From Desulfobacterales bacterium GWB2_56_26 (GTDB taxonomy: Bacteria > Desulfobacterota > Desulfobulbia > Desulfobulbales > Desulfocapsaceae), in the NCBI GenBank assembly GCA_001799365.1, contig MGTI01000045.1, positions 532 through 64,531 on the forward strand: DNA of 64,000 bases. Reading direction: 5' to 3'. Made by a program: the position numbers and the translations under genes. The number at the start of each line of letters is the position of its first letter. Within the stretch, counting starts at the first letter, position 1. The notes under the pieces are model-generated. The model was given only the letters and a program-made list of their open reading frames with translations, had not been told where the DNA came from and did no database searches. Positions 18,729-28,608 of the stretch are shown here, piece after piece.

Positions 18729-19619
18729 ATGATTCTTTTTGGCGAAAGCCTCAATGTCATTTCCAAAGTAATCGGAAAGGCATATAGAGAGCGCGATCCA
18801 AAACCGATCCAGGAAGAGGTGCTCGAGCAGCAGAAGCTCGGCATGGACTATATCGATATCAACCTTGGTCCGGCCAAAAAAGATGGTCAAGAATTGATGC
18901 CGTGGGTAGTTCAGGTGGTTCAGGAAGCTGTACCCAATATGCCGCTGCTTCTCGATACCTCGAATATTGCTGCGATCGAGGAAGGACTAAAAGTTGCCAA
19001 GCCGGCTTCCAAACCGCATATCGTCAACTCGATCATGGCCCGGCCGGAGCGCTACACGGTCATGCTGCCAATGGCCGCTAAGTATCAGGCAGATATCGTT
19101 GCCCTGATGTGGGGACCAGATGGCTTGCCGCGTGATGAAAACGAGCGCGCCGCGCTGGCCGTCGAGCTGATTTATGCTGCCAATGAGGCCGGTATTCCCA
19201 ACGAGAAAATCTGGGTAGACGGTATCGTTACCCCGGTCAATATCCAGCAGGCACAGGCTGTTTCGCTGATGAATTTCCAGATGATGTTGGAAGACATTGC
19301 CCCGGGCGCCATGTCCACCTGCGGTCTGTCCAATATCTCGAATGGTCCCCCTGTTCATCTCCGGCCGATCATCAACACCACCTACATGGTCATGCTGGGA
19401 CGCTACGGGATGAAGTCGGTCATCTCCGATCCGCTCGACACCAATCTGACCGCTGTCGCCAAAGGCAAACGTCAGGATATCGTCGATGTGGTCTATCAGG
19501 CGATGGACGGCACCGCTCCGCCGCTCTCCAGTCTGTCGAAAGAACTCGCCGACTACGTGAAGACTGTTCGGGTCATCACCGGTGAGAATCTCTTCTCCGA
19601 TTCGTACCTGGAGATCTAA
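18729..19619 (+). CDS. acsE: Methyltetrahydrofolate:corrinoid iron-sulfur protein methyltransferase
   Basis: Pterin-binding barrel motifs MILFGESLN, YIDINLG, LLDT, IVNSI, CGLSNISNG; AAAAGGAG RBS; position in the acs operon. Confidence 0.9.
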   Translation: MILFGESLNVISKVIGKAYRERDPKPIQEEVLEQQKLGMDYIDINLGPAKKDGQELMPWVVQVVQEAVPNMPLLLDTSNIAAIEEGLKVAKPASKPHIVNSIMARPERYTVMLPMAAKYQADIVALMWGPDGLPRDENERAALAVELIYAANEAGIPNEKIWVDGIVTPVNIQQAQAVSLMNFQMMLEDIAPGAMSTCGLSNISNGPPVHLRPIINTTYMVMLGRYGMKSVISDPLDTNLTAVAKGKRQDIVDVVYQAMDGTAPPLSSLSKELADYVKTVRVITGENLFSDSYLEI

Positions 19620-19640
19620 ACCGCGAGTCTCTTGTCGTGA

Positions 19641-19676
19641 AAAGCTCCATCCCTGGCGGGGTGGGGCTTTTTTTTT
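19641..19676 (+). terminator. Intrinsic terminator after acsE
   Basis: AAAGCTCCATCCC-tggc-GGGGTGGGGCTTT followed by a T-run. Confidence 0.75.
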
Positions 19677-19755
19677 CTGGAAATGATGGTTACACATCTG
19701 ATGAGTCAAAGATACAACTGATGTTTTTCACTTCAACCAAAGCAAAAGAGCGATC

Positions 19756-20043
19756 ATGGCGGAAAACGAAAAAATCACCGGGTGGGTCTACGTCTTTGTC
19801 TGCGATCCGGAAAAGGACGAAAGCTTTTTCGGCTTGTATGACGCCGAACAGAACATTCATTTCATTCCGGCCTTCCGGACCAAAGAAGAGGCCAACGACT
19901 GCTTCCTGAGCCTGCCCCGAGAGAAGGGCAGAAAATACGAACTCCAGGCAATCCATATCGAAGAGTTGCATGAGGCTGCGGCCAAAAACAACTACGCCGT
20001 GGCCATGATCGATCAGGACGGGAAGCTTATCAAGGCGGAGTAG
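19756..20043 (+). CDS. Hypothetical protein, 95 aa
   Basis: Coding-like ORF filling the gap between acsE and cooC; no recognisable motif. Confidence 0.75.
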   Translation: MAENEKITGWVYVFVCDPEKDESFFGLYDAEQNIHFIPAFRTKEEANDCFLSLPREKGRKYELQAIHIEELHEAAAKNNYAVAMIDQDGKLIKAE

Positions 20044-20106
20044 GGATTGATTGCGCCTGCGCCTCCCGGAGGTATTCATCATTTCACGAAAAGGAGATAG
20101 TTCGAG

Positions 20107-20886
20107 GTGAGCCTAAAAATTGCAATAGGTGGCAAGGGTGGGGTGGGCAAGACCACCGTTACGGCGCTTCTGGCCCGCTGTCTGGCTGCCGATAAAAACA
20201 ACAAGGTTATCGCCATCGATGCCGATCCGGTGGCCAACCTGGCCGCGGGGCTCGGTATTCCGGAGGATCAGCCGATTACGCCGATCTCCCAGCTGACCGA
20301 GCTCATTGCCGAAAGGACCGGGGCCAAACCCGGGACAATGGGCGGTTTCTTTACCCTCAATCCCAAGGTGGACGATATCCCCGACCGTTTTTCCCGGGAG
20401 AGGGACGGGGTCAAGCTGCTGGTCATGGGCACCGTGCAGAGCGGCGGTTCCGGCTGCATCTGTCCGGAAAGCACCATTCTCAAGGCCTTGATGAATCATC
20501 TGGTACTCTTTCGTGATGATATCGTCATCATGGACATGGAGGCAGGAGTCGAACACCTCGGTCGAGCCACATCGGCTTCGGTGGATGCCCTAATCATTGT
20601 GGTCAACCCTGGGGCGAGAAGCCGGGCCGCCGCCGACAAGATCAGAAAACTCGGCCGGGACATCGGGATCAAGAACATCATTATCCTCGGCAACCGGGTC
20701 ACAAGCGAGGAAGACCGCGAACTGATCAAGAGTTCGCTGAGCGATTTTCCCATCCTGGGCTTTCTGCCCGAGCATGACGAAATCGTCGCCGCCGATCGCG
20801 GCGCACGACGGGCCTTCGACGATATCCAGGAAGCTCCCCAAGAGTTGTTTGAGATAGTCGGCCAACTGACGGCCATGAAAAACTAG
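20107..20886 (+). CDS. cooC: CODH/ACS nickel-insertion ATPase (CooC/AcsF)
   Basis: GGKGGVGKTT, IDADP, LNPKVDD, GSGCICPE (CxC), DMEAGVEHLGR; AAGGAG RBS. Confidence 0.95.
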   Translation: MSLKIAIGGKGGVGKTTVTALLARCLAADKNNKVIAIDADPVANLAAGLGIPEDQPITPISQLTELIAERTGAKPGTMGGFFTLNPKVDDIPDRFSRERDGVKLLVMGTVQSGGSGCICPESTILKALMNHLVLFRDDIVIMDMEAGVEHLGRATSASVDALIIVVNPGARSRAAADKIRKLGRDIGIKNIIILGNRVTSEEDRELIKSSLSDFPILGFLPEHDEIVAADRGARRAFDDIQEAPQELFEIVGQLTAMKN

Positions 20887-20928
20887 CTGCCCTCCGTCGT
20901 TTCGCCGACAATCAACGACCAGCAATAT

Positions 20929-20965
20929 GCCGATTCTGCCAAATAACGGGAGAATCGGCTTTTTT
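20929..20965 (+). terminator. Intrinsic terminator after cooC
   Basis: GCCGATTCT...AGAATCGGC followed by TTTTTT. Confidence 0.65.
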
Positions 20966-21154
20966 GTGCGACAAACTACCGGCTTTTCTAGCCGACTTCC
21001 TACCTGTCTCCCGGTTGGGGAGTGACCACAATTGTCTTGACAATGCCACAATGTGGTATGATATTATTTCCGTCGTGAATTTTTACCCAGAATTCCCGGA
21101 ATCCCTGTCTTGCCGGAATTGCCCGGTAAATCATTGATCACCTCAGGAGGTTGT

Positions 21155-23116
21155 ATGTCAAAAACAATTGAACCGAAAAAACCCCAAGATCTGACCATGT
21201 GCGAATCCACCGCACAGATGATAACGAAAGCCAGAAAGGATGGGGTTGAGCTGTTTTTCGACCGGGCAGATGCGATGAAACCCTGTCCTATCGGCGAAAG
21301 CTCCGCCTGCTGTAAACATTGCTCGATGGGGCCCTGTCGATTGAACGTGAATAGCCCTTATGACCGGGTAGGAGTCTGCGGAGCGACCATCGATACCATC
21401 GCCGCCCGCAACTTCGGGCGGATGGTGGCGGCGGGAACGGCAGCCCACACCGACCACGGTATGGCCATGCTCGAACTGTTCCGCGATGTCATCAACGGCA
21501 AGGTCATCGATTTTTCGATCAAGGACCCCATTAAACTGTTCGAGGTCGCCGAATCTCTTGAAATTCCTACAGAAGGCCGAGATCTCAAGTCGGTGGCCAT
21601 GGATCTTTATCACGAATTGGAGAGAACCTATACCCAGGTGGAAGGGGAGATCCCGATGGTGAAAAGGGTGCCGCCGAAGACCTTGGAGCGCTGGCGGGCG
21701 GCGGGGATTGTCCCCCGGGGTGCGATGCGGGAGATCATGGAATTGATGCACCGCACCGCCATGGGGGTCGACCAGGATTATGAAAACATCACCAAGCAGA
21801 TCTCGCGCACCGCGCTTGCCGACGGCTGGGGCGGTTCCATGGTCTCGACCGATATTTCCGACATCCTCTTCGGCACGCCGACCCCGGTGGAAGTCGAGGT
21901 CGATATGGGGGTACTGAAGGAGGATCAGGTCAATATCATCGTCCACGGCCACGAACCCATTCTCCTCGAAGCCATGATCATTGCCGCCGCCGATCCGACC
22001 CTCAAGGAAATGGCGCACAATGCCGGGGCGAAAGACATTAACCTGGTCGGCATGTGTTGCTCCGGGCTTGACGTCATGTCCCGCCACGGCCTGCCCCACG
22101 CCGGCAACTTCTCCAGCACCGAGGCTGTTCTCGTTACCGGTGCGGTCGATGCCATGACCGTCGATATCCAGTGCATCAAGCAGGATTTGAAAAAAGTCGC
22201 GGATCACTACGATACCCCCTTCATCACCACCAATTACCGCGCCATGATCGAGGGAGCGACCCACATTCAACTGGATGAACGCGATCCCCTGAAATGCGCC
22301 GACGAGATCATCATCAAGGCCATTACCAGGTTCAAATCCCGCAGAAATCCTATTCAGATCCCACGGAAGACGGCTCGCGGCATCCACGGCTTCAGCGTCG
22401 AGTATATCAAATATATGCTCGGCGGCGCCTTCCGCGGCAGTTTCACTCCGTTGAACGAAAATATCATCAACGGCAGAATACGCGGGGTCGCGGGCGTGGT
22501 CGGCTGCACCAATCCGAGATCGAAACAGGATGCCTCCCATATCGAACTGGTGAAAGAGCTGATCAAGAACGACATCCTCGTACTGCAGACCGGCTGCTCG
22601 CAGATGGCCCTGGCCAAGGCTGGACTTACCGGGCCGGGAGCGGCCGCCCTGGCGGGGCCGGGTCTCGCCGAAGTCTGCGAGACGGTGGGTATGCCGCCGG
22701 TATTGGGCATGGGCGCCTGTGTCGACAACAGCCGGATTTTGATCGCCGCTTCCGAAATGGTCAGGATCGGGGGCTTAGGCGATTCGCTCGCCGATCTGCC
22801 GGTCGCCGGTTGTGCGCCGGAATGGATGAGCGAGAAGGCCATTGCCATCGGCCAGTATTTTGTCGCTTCCGGAGTCTATGTCGTCTTCGGTCATACCTTC
22901 CCGATCACCAAGGGCACCAAATTTGAGAAACACCTGTTCGACGATCTCGAAAAACTCGGCTTCGGCAAGTGGGCCTTCGCCAGCGATCCCAAGGAGATGG
23001 CTCGGCTGATGATCGCTCATATCGAGAAGAAACGGAAGATCCTCGGCATCGATAAATCCCGTGACCGGGTCCTTATCGATATGGCGGATCGTCGGTCGCT
23101 GGATGCCACGGCCTGA
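21155..23116 (+). CDS. cooS: Second anaerobic Ni-Fe CO dehydrogenase catalytic subunit
   Basis: CPIG-x4-CCKHCSMGPC, AHTDH, HGHEP, MCCSG, VDIQC, VVGCTN, QTGC, GACVDN, WMSEKA; AGGAGG RBS before ATG 21155. Confidence 0.95.
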   Translation: MSKTIEPKKPQDLTMCESTAQMITKARKDGVELFFDRADAMKPCPIGESSACCKHCSMGPCRLNVNSPYDRVGVCGATIDTIAARNFGRMVAAGTAAHTDHGMAMLELFRDVINGKVIDFSIKDPIKLFEVAESLEIPTEGRDLKSVAMDLYHELERTYTQVEGEIPMVKRVPPKTLERWRAAGIVPRGAMREIMELMHRTAMGVDQDYENITKQISRTALADGWGGSMVSTDISDILFGTPTPVEVEVDMGVLKEDQVNIIVHGHEPILLEAMIIAAADPTLKEMAHNAGAKDINLVGMCCSGLDVMSRHGLPHAGNFSSTEAVLVTGAVDAMTVDIQCIKQDLKKVADHYDTPFITTNYRAMIEGATHIQLDERDPLKCADEIIIKAITRFKSRRNPIQIPRKTARGIHGFSVEYIKYMLGGAFRGSFTPLNENIINGRIRGVAGVVGCTNPRSKQDASHIELVKELIKNDILVLQTGCSQMALAKAGLTGPGAAALAGPGLAEVCETVGMPPVLGMGACVDNSRILIAASEMVRIGGLGDSLADLPVAGCAPEWMSEKAIAIGQYFVASGVYVVFGHTFPITKGTKFEKHLFDDLEKLGFGKWAFASDPKEMARLMIAHIEKKRKILGIDKSRDRVLIDMADRRSLDATA

Positions 23117-23130
23117 CAGCCGAGAATCCA

Positions 23131-23158
23131 AAAGAGAGGGTTCCTTACCCTCTTTCTG
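23131..23158 (+). terminator. Terminator-like hairpin after the second cooS
   Basis: AGAGGGT-tcctt-ACCCTCT flanked by A- and T-rich tails. Confidence 0.5.
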
Positions 23159-23208
23159 AGAGATGCCGGGGTACGGCTGCATCGCGCCCCCCCCGGCCGG
23201 GAGGAGCA

Positions 23209-23637
23209 ATGACGCTTTTCAACGGCAGGTATCGATGGGACGGAACGAAAAAGGACAATCTCGATCCCATAGCATGGTTTCCCGGATCCTATGATGTGAA
23301 GATCCTCGACTGCTCGAAAGAGACAGGCAAGGTGCGGTTGTTGAAGCCTTATCTCTGTCTCTATGCGCGAACCGGCGAAGGACAGTCGATCTCGGCTCAG
23401 CCGGAGAAATTTGCCCTGCGGATCTGCCGGGATTTTTCCCTGGAGATCGGTCGGGTATTGTGGGTCGAGGATCTCCTCACCGAACAGGATCGGTATGAAG
23501 TTGTTTCGTTCATCCGGACGGGAAAGGTTGGCAATTCTCCTCTCTATCGGTCCATCAAACGGATGGCTTCCGCTAGGGAGATCGAATATATCAAAAAAGC
23601 CCTGATTAATAGGTTGTGCACGAATGGAAGAACCTGA
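23209..23637 (+). CDS. Hypothetical protein, 142 aa
   Basis: GGAGGAG RBS; first of three tightly packed ORFs. Confidence 0.7.
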   Translation: MTLFNGRYRWDGTKKDNLDPIAWFPGSYDVKILDCSKETGKVRLLKPYLCLYARTGEGQSISAQPEKFALRICRDFSLEIGRVLWVEDLLTEQDRYEVVSFIRTGKVGNSPLYRSIKRMASAREIEYIKKALINRLCTNGRT

Positions 23638-23653
23638 TTTTATGCAAGGCATA

Positions 23654-23827
23654 ATGACAAACGAAATTGAACAGATACGACACCGGCTCAAGCAGCTTGA
23701 GGAGGAAATTGCCGAGACCCTGCGTCGGCTTCCGGCTCATTCGGTCAAACCTCCGGTGATGATCGACCTGCTCGAACTAGAGGACGAGCGGGACCTGTTG
23801 TTGAAACGACTGAAGGAGTTGGCGTGA
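23654..23827 (+). CDS. Small helical-hairpin hypothetical protein (LPAHSVKP motif), 57 aa
   Basis: Two amphipathic helices around RLPAHSVKPP; stop overlaps the next start (GTGA). Start uncertain (23624, 23642 or 23654). Confidence 0.65.
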   Translation: MTNEIEQIRHRLKQLEEEIAETLRRLPAHSVKPPVMIDLLELEDERDLLLKRLKELA

Positions 23828-24444
23828 AGACTGAACGATCCCGAGTATTTGCCGAGACCTACCAAAGGTACCTCGCCGACATTCGTCAGATCGATTTTCT
23901 GGCGAAGGCTGCGATTCTCGGTGTCGTCGAGGAAAACGGCGCGCTTCTCATTCCACTTTATGACAAGAGCTACACGTTCACAGCGGAGGGAATCGCCGAA
24001 AGCAAGGCGCTGACGCCGGCGTTGCAGGTGATGATCTGCAAATACATACTCTCCTGTCCGGCAGAACTTCCGGTTTCCGAGGGTGAACTCGTTACCTACC
24101 GGGAATTCAAGGATGCAGGGCCCCTCATCTCATTTTTCACCACCAATACCAACAAGACCCTGGAGGCCGCCTTTACCGGCAACACGGAGGCCTTGCGTCG
24201 CCGGGCCCTGGCCATCGGCGGCAAGACCCGCTCCTCGGACGTTTACGATCTTTCCCTGGAGTTTCACGCCTTTCCCCGTATTCCCGTTTACCTCAACTTC
24301 AACGACCGCGACGATACCTTTCCCGCGGGCTGTTCCATTCTCTACCGATCGTCTGCAGCTCTTTTCCTCGACATGGAGTGCCTGGCCATGACCGGTACGC
24401 TCCTTACCGGCAAATTAATTGGCGGCGGTTCCGACGTTCCATGA
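23824..24444 (+). CDS. DUF3786-family protein
   Basis: Motifs LVTYREF-x2-G, AFPRIP, DRDDTFPAGCSILY, FLDMECL. Confidence 0.8.
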   Translation: MKTERSRVFAETYQRYLADIRQIDFLAKAAILGVVEENGALLIPLYDKSYTFTAEGIAESKALTPALQVMICKYILSCPAELPVSEGELVTYREFKDAGPLISFFTTNTNKTLEAAFTGNTEALRRRALAIGGKTRSSDVYDLSLEFHAFPRIPVYLNFNDRDDTFPAGCSILYRSSAALFLDMECLAMTGTLLTGKLIGGGSDVP

Positions 24445-24568
24445 TGCCGCTATAGGGAAAGAGGAAAATCTTTTTACGTTGATCGTTGGTTTTTCAGGCA
24501 AATGGACATATCATTGAAGTGTCATTTGGGTGAAGTATAATTGAAAATAAAGGTAAGGGAGGGTAATT

Positions 24569-24748
24569 ATGACAAATCAACACTGTCCTGGATTTGAAAG
24601 CAACAAAACCTTAAATGAAGTGAAAATCAAGTGTCCCACCTGCGGTAAGGAATGGGAAATATTTTCCGACGAAGTAAAGAAGGATGCAAAATGCCCCGCC
24701 TGCGGAGCCACTTTTGACCCCAAAGCCTGTTCCTGCACAAGTAAATAA
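24569..24748 (+). CDS. Small zinc-ribbon-like protein, 59 aa (absent from the ORF track)
   Basis: Manual translation MTNQHCPGFESNKTLNEVKIKCPTCGKEWEIFSDEVKKDAKCPACGATFDPKACSCTSK; strong RBS AAGGGAGGG; two CPxCG knuckles; has its own terminator. Confidence 0.85.
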   Translation: MTNQHCPGFESNKTLNEVKIKCPTCGKEWEIFSDEVKKDAKCPACGATFDPKACSCTSK

Positions 24749-24772
24749 CCTCCATCCTGCAGTTTCAATCCC

Positions 24773-24809
24773 CTCTGGTGCGATGTTCTGTATTGCACCA
24801 GAGCTTTTT
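24773..24809 (+). terminator. Intrinsic terminator after the zinc-ribbon gene
   Basis: CTCTGGTGCGAT...ATTGCACCAGAG followed by CTTTTT. Confidence 0.7.
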
Positions 24810-24954
24810 ATTCCCTCGGTTTTCGTTTTTTGTTCCTGTTCCACTATTGTACAAAATTTTCCTCTTCACATATAATCAGTGAAGAACTGAGTTGGTATGA
24901 CTGGACAAGGCCATTACCTCTTGAGGTTACTAATAACAAGGAGAAGGAGATGAT

Positions 24955-26676
24955 ATGCTCAACAAGTTTTCGGTAAAAGGCAGAATGTACCTGATCATCG
25001 TGGCCATATTGGCGTTGTTTGTGGTGATGGTCTTTTTTGCCGTGCAAAACGGCTATAAAGTGAGGGATCTGGGCATTCGCAAGACCGGCGAGGTAATGCT
25101 CGCCGATCAAAAGGCCAAACTGCAGGTCGCCACTCATTCCATGGCCCTGACGATCGGTCATGCGATCGAAAAAATCGACGATAAGGGAAAGAAGATCGAA
25201 GCGGTTCGGACTCTGGTCGACGATATCCGTTTCGAGAGCGACAGTTCGGGATACTATTTCGTGTACGAGGGGACGGTAAACGTCGCACTGCCTCCGAAGA
25301 AAGAGTCGCAGGGGAAGGACCTGAGCGAGACAAAGGATAAAAACGGCGTGTATCTGGTCCGGGATCTGCGCGAAAAAGCTCAGGCCGGCGGCGGTTTTGT
25401 CGAGTATATCTGGCCTAAACCCGGTGCGGCGGATACACCGAAACTGAGCTATGCCGAAATGATCCCCGGGACTCAGATGTGGGTCGGTACCGGTGTATAT
25501 CTTGACAATATCGCATCCTATCAGGCTTCGATGGAAAAAGATATCAACGCCCAGGTGACCGCCAACCTCATCACCATGCTGCTTATCGCCGGGGCGATCT
25601 TTGCCGGCATCATCACCCTCTGTCTCTTTATCGTCTTCGGCCTGGTCGGTGCCCTGAAGGTGATGATCGGCAACTTCCGGGATATCGCCGAAGGAGAGGG
25701 CGATCTGACCAAGCGCATTGTCATCAAGTCACAGGATGAAATCGGTGAACTCGCCAAGTGGTTCAATATCTTTATAGAGAAACTCCAGGGCGTTGTCGGT
25801 ACTATCTCGAAAAACACTCAGCTGCTCGGCAGCGAGGCCGCAAGCCTCGCAAGCATCGCCTCGAACCTGGCCCGGAATGCCCAGGATACCTCGGGGCGTT
25901 CCAATACCGTGGCCACGGCCGCCGAGGAGATGAGCGCCAATCTCAACAACGTCGCCGCGGCCATGGAGGAGTCGACCACCAATACCGGCATGGTGGCCAG
26001 CGCCGCCGAAGAGATGACCGCGACCATCAACGAGATCGCCCTGAATTCCTCGCGGGCTCATGAGATTTCGGAAAAGGCGGTCAAGCAGGCGGAGGCCACC
26101 TCAGGGCGGATGGCTCAACTCGGGGCGTCGGCCGATGCCATCAGCAAGGTGACCGAGACGATCACCGAGATTTCCGAGCAAACCAACCTGCTGGCTTTGA
26201 ACGCCACCATCGAGGCGGCGAGAGCAGGCGAGGCTGGCAAGGGCTTTGCCGTTGTTGCCAACGAAATCAAGGAGCTGGCCAAACAAACCGCGATGGCGAC
26301 CCAGGACATCAAGACCAAGATCGACGATGTCCAGAAGACCACCACCGGCACCATTCGTGACATCGAGGAGATCACTACGGTCATCAATAACGTCAACGAG
26401 ATCGTGGCGACCATCACCACCGCGGTGGGCGAGCAGTCGAAGGCGACGGAAGAGATTGCCAGCAACATCAACCAGGCGGCGGGAGGACTCGGCGAAGTGA
26501 ACGAAAACGTCAGTCAGATCTCGGTGGTTGCCTCGACCATCACCGAAGAGATCACCCTGGTCAACAAGGCCTCCGGCGAAGTTTCGAGCTCCAGTTCCCA
26601 GGTAGACGCCACCAGCGGCGATCTGAAAAAACTTGCCCAGGAATTGCAGAAGGCGGTAGGAAGCTTTAAAATCTAA
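24955..26676 (+). CDS. Methyl-accepting chemotaxis protein with a single Cache (sCache_2-like) sensor and HAMP domain
   Basis: Two TM helices flanking GYYFVY...DKNG...[12 protein letters not shown]...KLSY...WVGTGVYLD; DEIGELA; [27 protein letters not shown]. Confidence 0.95.
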   Translation: MLNKFSVKGRMYLIIVAILALFVVMVFFAVQNGYKVRDLGIRKTGEVMLADQKAKLQVATHSMALTIGHAIEKIDDKGKKIEAVRTLVDDIRFESDSSGYYFVYEGTVNVALPPKKESQGKDLSETKDKNGVYLVRDLREKAQAGGGFVEYIWPKPGAADTPKLSYAEMIPGTQMWVGTGVYLDNIASYQASMEKDINAQVTANLITMLLIAGAIFAGIITLCLFIVFGLVGALKVMIGNFRDIAEGEGDLTKRIVIKSQDEIGELAKWFNIFIEKLQGVVGTISKNTQLLGSEAASLASIASNLARNAQDTSGRSNTVATAAEEMSANLNNVAAAMEESTTNTGMVASAAEEMTATINEIALNSSRAHEISEKAVKQAEATSGRMAQLGASADAISKVTETITEISEQTNLLALNATIEAARAGEAGKGFAVVANEIKELAKQTAMATQDIKTKIDDVQKTTTGTIRDIEEITTVINNVNEIVATITTAVGEQSKATEEIASNINQAAGGLGEVNENVSQISVVASTITEEITLVNKASGEVSSSSSQVDATSGDLKKLAQELQKAVGSFKI

Positions 26677-26685
26677 CCCCCCAAA

Positions 26686-26719
26686 TGGCGGCGCGACCAT
26701 GTCGTGCCGCCAGCTTTTT
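26686..26719 (+). terminator. Terminator between the convergent MCP and cyclo-ligase genes
   Basis: TGGCGGCGCGAC-cat-GTCGTGCCGCCA followed by GCTTTTT. Confidence 0.7.
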
Positions 26720-27312
26720 CATCTTTTGCCGTGAATGATCCGCTGCTCGGTGACCACCAGGTCGAGGAGCTGGTCGTGCTCCTTCAGAGGTGCTCTCTCC
26801 ACGATCTGCATCTCGAAGGCGAGACCGATGCGGGCGGCTGAAGGGACCTGTTCGAGGAGGCGGTCGTAATAGCCGCCGCCGTAGCCGAAGCGCCCGCCCC
26901 GTTCGTCGAAGACCGAACCGGGCAGCAGAATGGTCTCGATGTCCTGCGGTGCAATCTGCCGGGTCAGGCACAGTTCCTCCTTCGGTTCCGGAATATTGCA
27001 GTAGCCTGGCACGAGATCCTTCGCCGGGTTGACGATATGCACGGCATCCAGTCGTTTTTCCTGTACCCGGGTGATCGGCACGCTCACGGTTTTGCCCATG
27101 GCGATCAGTCTGTCGAGGAGATCAAACGTTGCGACCTCGCTGCGAAAACTCACATAGACAAAGATCGACCGGCGGTTGCGGATCTGGTCGAGATCCAGCA
27201 GGGTCCGGGTAATAGTCGCCGATTTTTCGGCAATTTCCTCCCGGGAGAGGCGATTCCGGGCGGCCAGAATGTCTTTTCTCAACTGTGCGGCATCAATCAT
27301 GCAATTCTCCAT
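26719..27312 (-). CDS. 5-formyltetrahydrofolate cyclo-ligase
   Basis: YVSFRSEVAT, IPEP, LPGSVFDERGGRFGYGGGYYDRLL, HD-x2-LDLVVTE. Confidence 0.93.
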   Translation of the reverse strand: MENCMIDAAQLRKDILAARNRLSREEIAEKSATITRTLLDLDQIRNRRSIFVYVSFRSEVATFDLLDRLIAMGKTVSVPITRVQEKRLDAVHIVNPAKDLVPGYCNIPEPKEELCLTRQIAPQDIETILLPGSVFDERGGRFGYGGGYYDRLLEQVPSAARIGLAFEMQIVERAPLKEHDQLLDLVVTEQRIIHGKR

Positions 27313-27339
27313 GCGATAAGAGTGAGAGGACGTTGGTCG

Positions 27340-28608
27340 TTATAACCGTTGAATGATATAGAGAAAAGTCGGCAACCGACTGGCTACTTTCAACCGGTTG
27401 AAGTCGAACAATCGTGCCCGGGACGGCTGACTGAAGGCGAGAGGCGAGAAATACACCGTGCCCTTGGGTCTGTGATGGGTCAGTCGATCCCGGATGAGGT
27501 GCAGAATGGCCGGATAGTGGTTTCCCGGCAGGTCGTCGGCCATGACGAAGTTGGCGGTCATCTCGATGTTCGAGTAACTTTCGTTGATTTTCTGAATGCG
27601 GGTAAAGGCATCGCCTATCTCGCGCACCGACACCGGTTTACCGAGCCGCGCGAGGGTTTCGCCGTCCGCCGATTCGAGACCGATGTTGATAAAGGTGAAC
27701 CCTGGTCGTCTGTCCAGTTCCTGAAAGAGGCGCTCCGGCGCGTTCAGGAGCGAGGTGACGGAGCCGAATAGAAAAATCCGGTGACCGTCGATGACGGAAT
27801 CGGCAAAGTCGAATTCCCGGAAGGCCTCGTCCATGGCAAAGAGGATGAGTTCGGGGCTGGCCTGCAGGGCGTCGTGCTCGCCGAGGAAAAGTGCATTGTA
27901 ATTCACCAGATCCCTGGCATAGAGGCTTTTCAGGCGGGCAAGCTGGAGCCGGATCTCATCTCGTGTTTTTTCCCGAAAGGGTGCGCTGTTCTTGACCTTG
28001 CAGAATCGGCATTTATAGAGGCATCCCTCGGCAATGGTCAAGGGAACGAGGTTATAGTCGACATGCCTGGCGTCAGGGGGGAGTACGGAAATGCGCCCGC
28101 CGATAATGTCGGCCAGTTCTCTGGCTCGATCCGCCAGCAGTGACGGGGTATTGGCCAGTGCCGCCGTAAGAAAGCTCTTTTCCGCTGCCGAAGCCTGCGG
28201 CATCCTTTCGCCTGCCCGCACAAGTCTGTCATGCCAGGACTGGGTAAGGCCGGCAATCTCTTTATGGGTAAAAGGATGCCCCCCCAGAAGGTTGTTGGTG
28301 GGATAGGCAAAATTCGGCAGGTAGTATTCCCCCGTGGCCTCGAAGACCCCGGTGTAGCCGCCGGTGGAGTAGTAGACCCAATCGTCGCCCCTGGTTCTTT
28401 TCAGCCATTCATGGGGATGGGCCCAGACTGAGCCTTTCATCCTGGCCCGGATTATTTCCGCATTGAGGTTGAAATGAAAGACGAAAGAGTCGGTTGCCAT
28501 CTCGGTAAAGATTCCGCAATGGACCGGAAAGCTCATCCGGGTATAGCGGGGACTGCCTTGTTTCTCGATGGCAATTCGGCAGTTGTCGGCGGAGAAGGGC
28601 ATGTTCAT
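27340..28608 (-). CDS. Radical SAM protein of unknown function with a ~170-aa N-terminal extension
   Basis: CLYKCRFC (CxxxCxxC), LFLGEHDAL, INIGLES. Confidence 0.8.
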   Translation of the reverse strand: MNMPFSADNCRIAIEKQGSPRYTRMSFPVHCGIFTEMATDSFVFHFNLNAEIIRARMKGSVWAHPHEWLKRTRGDDWVYYSTGGYTGVFEATGEYYLPNFAYPTNNLLGGHPFTHKEIAGLTQSWHDRLVRAGERMPQASAAEKSFLTAALANTPSLLADRARELADIIGGRISVLPPDARHVDYNLVPLTIAEGCLYKCRFCKVKNSAPFREKTRDEIRLQLARLKSLYARDLVNYNALFLGEHDALQASPELILFAMDEAFREFDFADSVIDGHRIFLFGSVTSLLNAPERLFQELDRRPGFTFINIGLESADGETLARLGKPVSVREIGDAFTRIQKINESYSNIEMTANFVMADDLPGNHYPAILHLIRDRLTHHRPKGTVYFSPLAFSQPSRARLFDFNRLKVASRLPTFLYIIQRL

